Below, in pieces: positions 59,951-64,000 of a stretch of DNA of 64,000 nucleotides. The notes under the pieces are model-generated. The model was not told the origin of the DNA. It saw only the letters and a list, made by a program, of their open reading frames with translations, and ran no database searches. The translations under genes and the position numbers were made by a program. Within the stretch, counting starts at the first letter, position 1. Every line of letters begins with the position of its first letter. This stretch comes from Stegostoma tigrinum (lineage: Eukaryota): positions 24,529,989-24,593,988 of the forward strand of contig NC_081373.1 in the NCBI RefSeq assembly GCF_030684315.1, given 5' to 3'.

Positions 59951-61263
59951 CTCCTCTCCTGAACTCTTCACAAATTCTGATTTGTTGGCGATCACCCAAT
60001 ATCCGGAGAAAATTACCAGATGGTAGAAATCCAAGATATTTCTAAGTCTGTTAGAAATAAAGCTAACAAAGTATAACTTGAAGATTATTACAGCTGAAGC
60101 TGGTTTTGCCAGAGGCCTTTAACTGAGCCATGGCCATTATATCCCGCCCCTCAGTTCCCTGGCCAATCAGGATGGGCAGGCACCCTGGGGTCTCCTCCTA
60201 CCTGGGCCAGAGCAATTGCTTACTTTCTGACAGTCTTCCAAGTGCCAGTGACATGGGGTATTTCATTCTCCATAAGCACTGTTGTTCTCAGGTATGGGGT
60301 AGGGGAGTTGCCTTTTGACCATGGAGACTGGGTTGAGGCCACTGGTACCTGCAGGAGACTGAAGACAGAATGTGTCATAAACAAGTGGCAGAAGCTCAGG
60401 CATGTTAAGTATACGTTCACAGTGAGTGAAATGGGAACATTGCACAGCAATGGACTTCTTGCTTGGTTGCTGAGACACAGAGGTTTTGTTATTTCCTGTC
60501 CTTGTGAGTCAACACCAAGTGATGCCAAAGCTCACCCAGAAAGATTGGGCACCCCACCACCCATCCTGGCCATATTATGGACTAGTTTCTCCAGGATGAG
60601 ACAAAGAGGGGGAATTGAGTAAGATGAAAGTGTCTGGCGCTGCTGTTAGCGCTGGTGCAGGTGGGGAAAAGATGCTGAGAGGTCCTGAGTGAGCAGACAG
60701 AGCAAAGAGCATGTGGGGTTACTAGTCAGTGGAGGGGTAAGTGTGAATGAGTGAGGAAGTTGCTGCATGCAACAGTGAGAGTAATGCATCATGGGCCTTG
60801 GTGGGAGGTGGGTGTACTATGAGAGAGAGAGAGTGTGAGTGAGTGTGGGTATCAGGCAGAAGATGTTTGAAGGAAGGCAGCGAGGAACTGAGAGAAGGTG
60901 ACCAGGGAATTAGAAAGGGAGAGGTGAGCAGATCACCTAATGGGGTGGGGGCAGAGGAGAGCTGGTTGCTGCAGACTCTCCAAATGCAAGTGGGAGATAC
61001 TGAGAACATGAGATGGATCAGGATGCCCACAAAGTGAAGCAGCAAGCAGGGACTAAGGATGCTGAGTGAGCAAGGGAGTGGGATGGTAAGGCACCAGCCA
61101 AGTGAAGCAGCAAGTGGGAGAAAGAGTTACCAAAGTGAACATCTGGAAGAGGTAAAGTTGGACTCTGAGCAGAGCTGCACGTGCAGTAAACGCGACAAGT
61201 GTGATGGAAGGAAATACATCAGTTTTACAATCTCTCTCATTTCAATATTGGTTTCAATCTTCA

Positions 61264-61554
61264 CATAGAATCCCTACAGTGTGGAAGCAGGCCCTTCAGC
61301 CCAACAAGGCCACACCCACCCTTGGAGCATTCCACCCAGACCCATCCCCTTTTCACCCACTTAATCTGCACATCCCTGAATAATACAGGCAATTAAGCCT
61401 GGCCAATCCACCTAACCTCCACATCTTTGGACTGTGGGAGGAAACTGGAGCACCCGAAGGAAACCCACACAGACAGTCGCCCAAGGGTGGAATTGAACCT
61501 GGGTCCCTGGTGCTGTGAGGCAGCAGTGCTGACCACTGAGACACTGTGCCACCC
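61264..61554 (-). mobile_element. HE1-type tRNA-derived V-SINE
   Basis: Head gggtggcacagtgtctcagtggtcagcactgctgcctcacagc...ggttcaattcc, with a CR1/HER1-like 3' tail. Confidence 0.85.
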
Positions 61555-61564
61555 CTCACCAATG

Positions 61565-61771
61565 AAATAGCAAGAACTGCAGATGCTGGAGTCAGAGATA
61601 ACACAGTGTGGAGCTGGAGGAACACAGCAGGCCAGGCAGCATGAGAGGAGCAGTAGAGTTAATGTTTCACGTCAGGACCCTTCTTCAGAAGTTCAAAACG
61701 TCAGCTTTCTTGTTCCTCTGATACTGCCTGGCCTGCTGTTCCTCCAGCTCCGTACTGTGTTATCTCTGTAT
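61565..61771. mobile_element. Older two-armed mini-PLE, tail on the left
   Basis: TSD TCACCAATG at 61556-61564 and 61772-61780. Confidence 0.8.
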
Positions 61772-63644
61772 TCACCAATGTTGCTTTAAATTGAATTACT
61801 GTGGATCTTTCCAGACTCTGTACAACATCATACTTGTCAGCCAGTTTTAAAAACTCTATGTTGGTTTAATGTTGTTTCAATAAAATTTATAGCTTCAATG
61901 AAGAATTGAAGTAGCTGTTCTGTTGGGATTTACCAATTTCAAGATTTTTAAATCTGTGGCTTTCTCATACTGTGTGCCTGTACTGCTCACTAGGTTTCCA
62001 ACATCTTTGGAGGCTTTTCCCTTTGAGTGATCAGAATATTGGCTACCCACTTCTTCCAGGGATTTCCCCAACTTCTGCAGCCAAGTTGGAGTTTCCCGAC
62101 TTATTCCTGAGTAAAATAGATATCTTCCTGCATTTCATGATTCAAAACACCAAATACTTTCTACTACACAATTTTTAAAATAAAGGTTTCTGGTTGTACC
62201 ACTTTTAAATCTTCCCACTGAAATTGGAGTTGAATTACTGAGCTGCCCAACAACAAGCTGTCCTCTCACATGGGGAGAGAGACAGAAACTGTTTGCCTGG
62301 AAACAGAGAGACATCTAGAAGCTCAGTACATTCCCAGATGACCGCAATCCTGATACCTTGTGCTTATGCCACTGTGGCCAGTGTGTGGTACTGGATAAGG
62401 GCTGTTTGCTGCCACCAATATTCCTTGGTGTCTGTTTTGTCTTGGCTTATGTATTGATTAGTAGTATTTGGTGCATCGTGGTGGAGTATCTACAGAAGAG
62501 GCATTGTTCTTAGATAACAAGAAGGTTTAATGCAATGAATAGCATAATTGCAACTAGATTGCACAAGGTATAATTACTAGGACCTCAGGGAGTTGCTGCA
62601 GTTCCACCTGCTCCCTTCAAAAGCTACAGTAGAAATTCCTCATCTTCACCAGACTGTGTGACATCAGTAGAATGACTGGAGTCAATGGTACTTGTACATG
62701 AACCCCTTCAGCACCATGAACTTAACATTAAGATGCACTGTCCATGCTACCTCTGCAGTTTGGATTCTTCATGCACTGCATTCGAGGTGACAATGACAAC
62801 CTGTTTCAGTCCACTTAACTTCATATCACCCACTGTTGCTTTACACAAATAAAGACCAAATCTTCACTCGATAGGTGTTGTGCAAAAACATTTGTCACTG
62901 CAGTTTCTGTCAGATATTTTTGAATAATTTGCAGAAGAGTTACATTTAATTTTGAGTAACTAAGATATTATTTGCTAAGTGTAGTACTAATGATCTAGAT
63001 GGCATGTGGTTCTCTTGACACTTGCCTCTTAGTTCACCTCTCTTAAACATCCAAATGTCTCTATCTTTCAATGAATGTATTCTAAACCCTGTTTCTCTAC
63101 TTATATATTATGTTGAGTATATCATTCATTTAATTCAGTATTAACATTTGTAGTGTTGAAAAAGCAATAAGTACATTTCTATCATTAGCTGGAGGAGTAG
63201 ATAGCAGTGGAAATGATCACAAAATTTAATCTTCAACCTACACTTCAAGATTAAAGCACCATCTCTCCATAAAAGCAACTCAGCTACTCTGGGATGTACA
63301 TGGACTAGCTTTCTCTATGCTTCTCTATATTTAGTTCAATGGACAGGGTTTTTTAAAAAAACTATTTTCTGTTAGTTTTTTGCCAGCTGAGATTCACAAT
63401 ACCTGACCTACTACAGCTTGCAGTGATTTCTACTCTCAGTCTTCCACCCTTCATCTCATTCATTTTGCAATAGAAGCCTTGACCACCTTCTCAAGTAATC
63501 ATGCAGCTGGAGAGGTAAAAGTTCTCACCACACCAGTAACCTTATAGCTTTCATGTCTTTGGCACCCTATTTAAAGCCACTTCCATCGATGCAACTCACA
63601 AACTAACTCTCATATTGTGGTGCTCGTGCCTTAATATTCAACTC

Positions 63645-63865
63645 ATAACCCAGAGGAAAGGAAAGCTCACTCCCTTGACTTCAAGGATTGGGACTTGTTG
63701 CTGCGAGAGGTCAGGGAAAGGAGGACAATCTTTTTCTCGGCCCCAACACCACACCCAGCCACCCCGGTTGCTCATCACAGCCTGGATCAGTCCTGTGTCC
63801 CTGGTGAAGCGAGATGCCCAGCAGCACTGGATGATCAATGATCTTTTGCACTCTGTAAGGCTAAG
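63645..63865 (+). pseudogene. Decayed Myb/SANT-trihelix exon of a PIF/Harbinger transposon
   Basis: FKDWDLLLREVRERRTIFF in one frame, then AWISPVSLVKRDAQQHW.INDLLHS in another, followed by a GT donor-like sequence. Resembles the trihelix pattern F.d.dle.L...v.err ... W....vs...R.aqQcrk..NDL. Confidence 0.55.
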
Positions 63866-63929
63866 TGGTACTATAGTCAGGGCCAGCACAATTGTGTCAC
63901 CATGCATACATCTCATCCAGGCTCACAGA

Positions 63930-64000
63930 CTACAATGAAGTGCAGAGCTGGATGAACGCAACAGTCCAAGCAGCAGAGGAGCAGGAAAGCTGACATTTGC
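63930..64000 (-). mobile_element. PLE terminus running off the window
   Basis: gagctggatgaacgcaacagtccaagcagc...gctgacattt. Confidence 0.7.

Noticed and set aside
61480-61554. tRNA-like sequence with A/B boxes
   Set aside because: Head of an HE1-type SINE, not a functional tRNA gene.

Overview
This is eukaryotic, repeat-dense, apparently intronic or intergenic DNA from a cartilaginous fish, judged from HE1-type V-SINEs and HER1/CR1 LINEs. I recognise no host protein-coding exon, and almost all listed ORFs are transposon fragments or antisense shadows. The window holds many CR1 LINE fragments (one near full-length with SGNH-esterase ORF1 and APE-RT ORF2), an RTE LINE remnant, an L2 remnant, tRNA-derived SINEs and Harbinger remnants. 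The dominant signal is about 24 insertions of a Neptune-type Penelope-like element (PLE; GIY-YIG endonuclease), plus about 5 copies of an older sister family. Both carry a minimal hammerhead-ribozyme motif (CUGAUGA-stemII-GAAACGUC) with no stem III loop. Twelve insertions are two-armed: two 5'-truncated copies joined head-to-head, both 3' ends facing outward, mostly inside a single 9-17 bp target-site duplication (TSD). In all 12, exactly one arm carries an extra ~33-nt tail. One 314-bp copy (37367-37680) is a near-complete circular permutation of an internally deleted element. Together these suggest double-primed insertion from two internal RNA priming sites, possibly on a ribozyme-processed circular or dimeric RNA. 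That mechanism is inference and needs testing.
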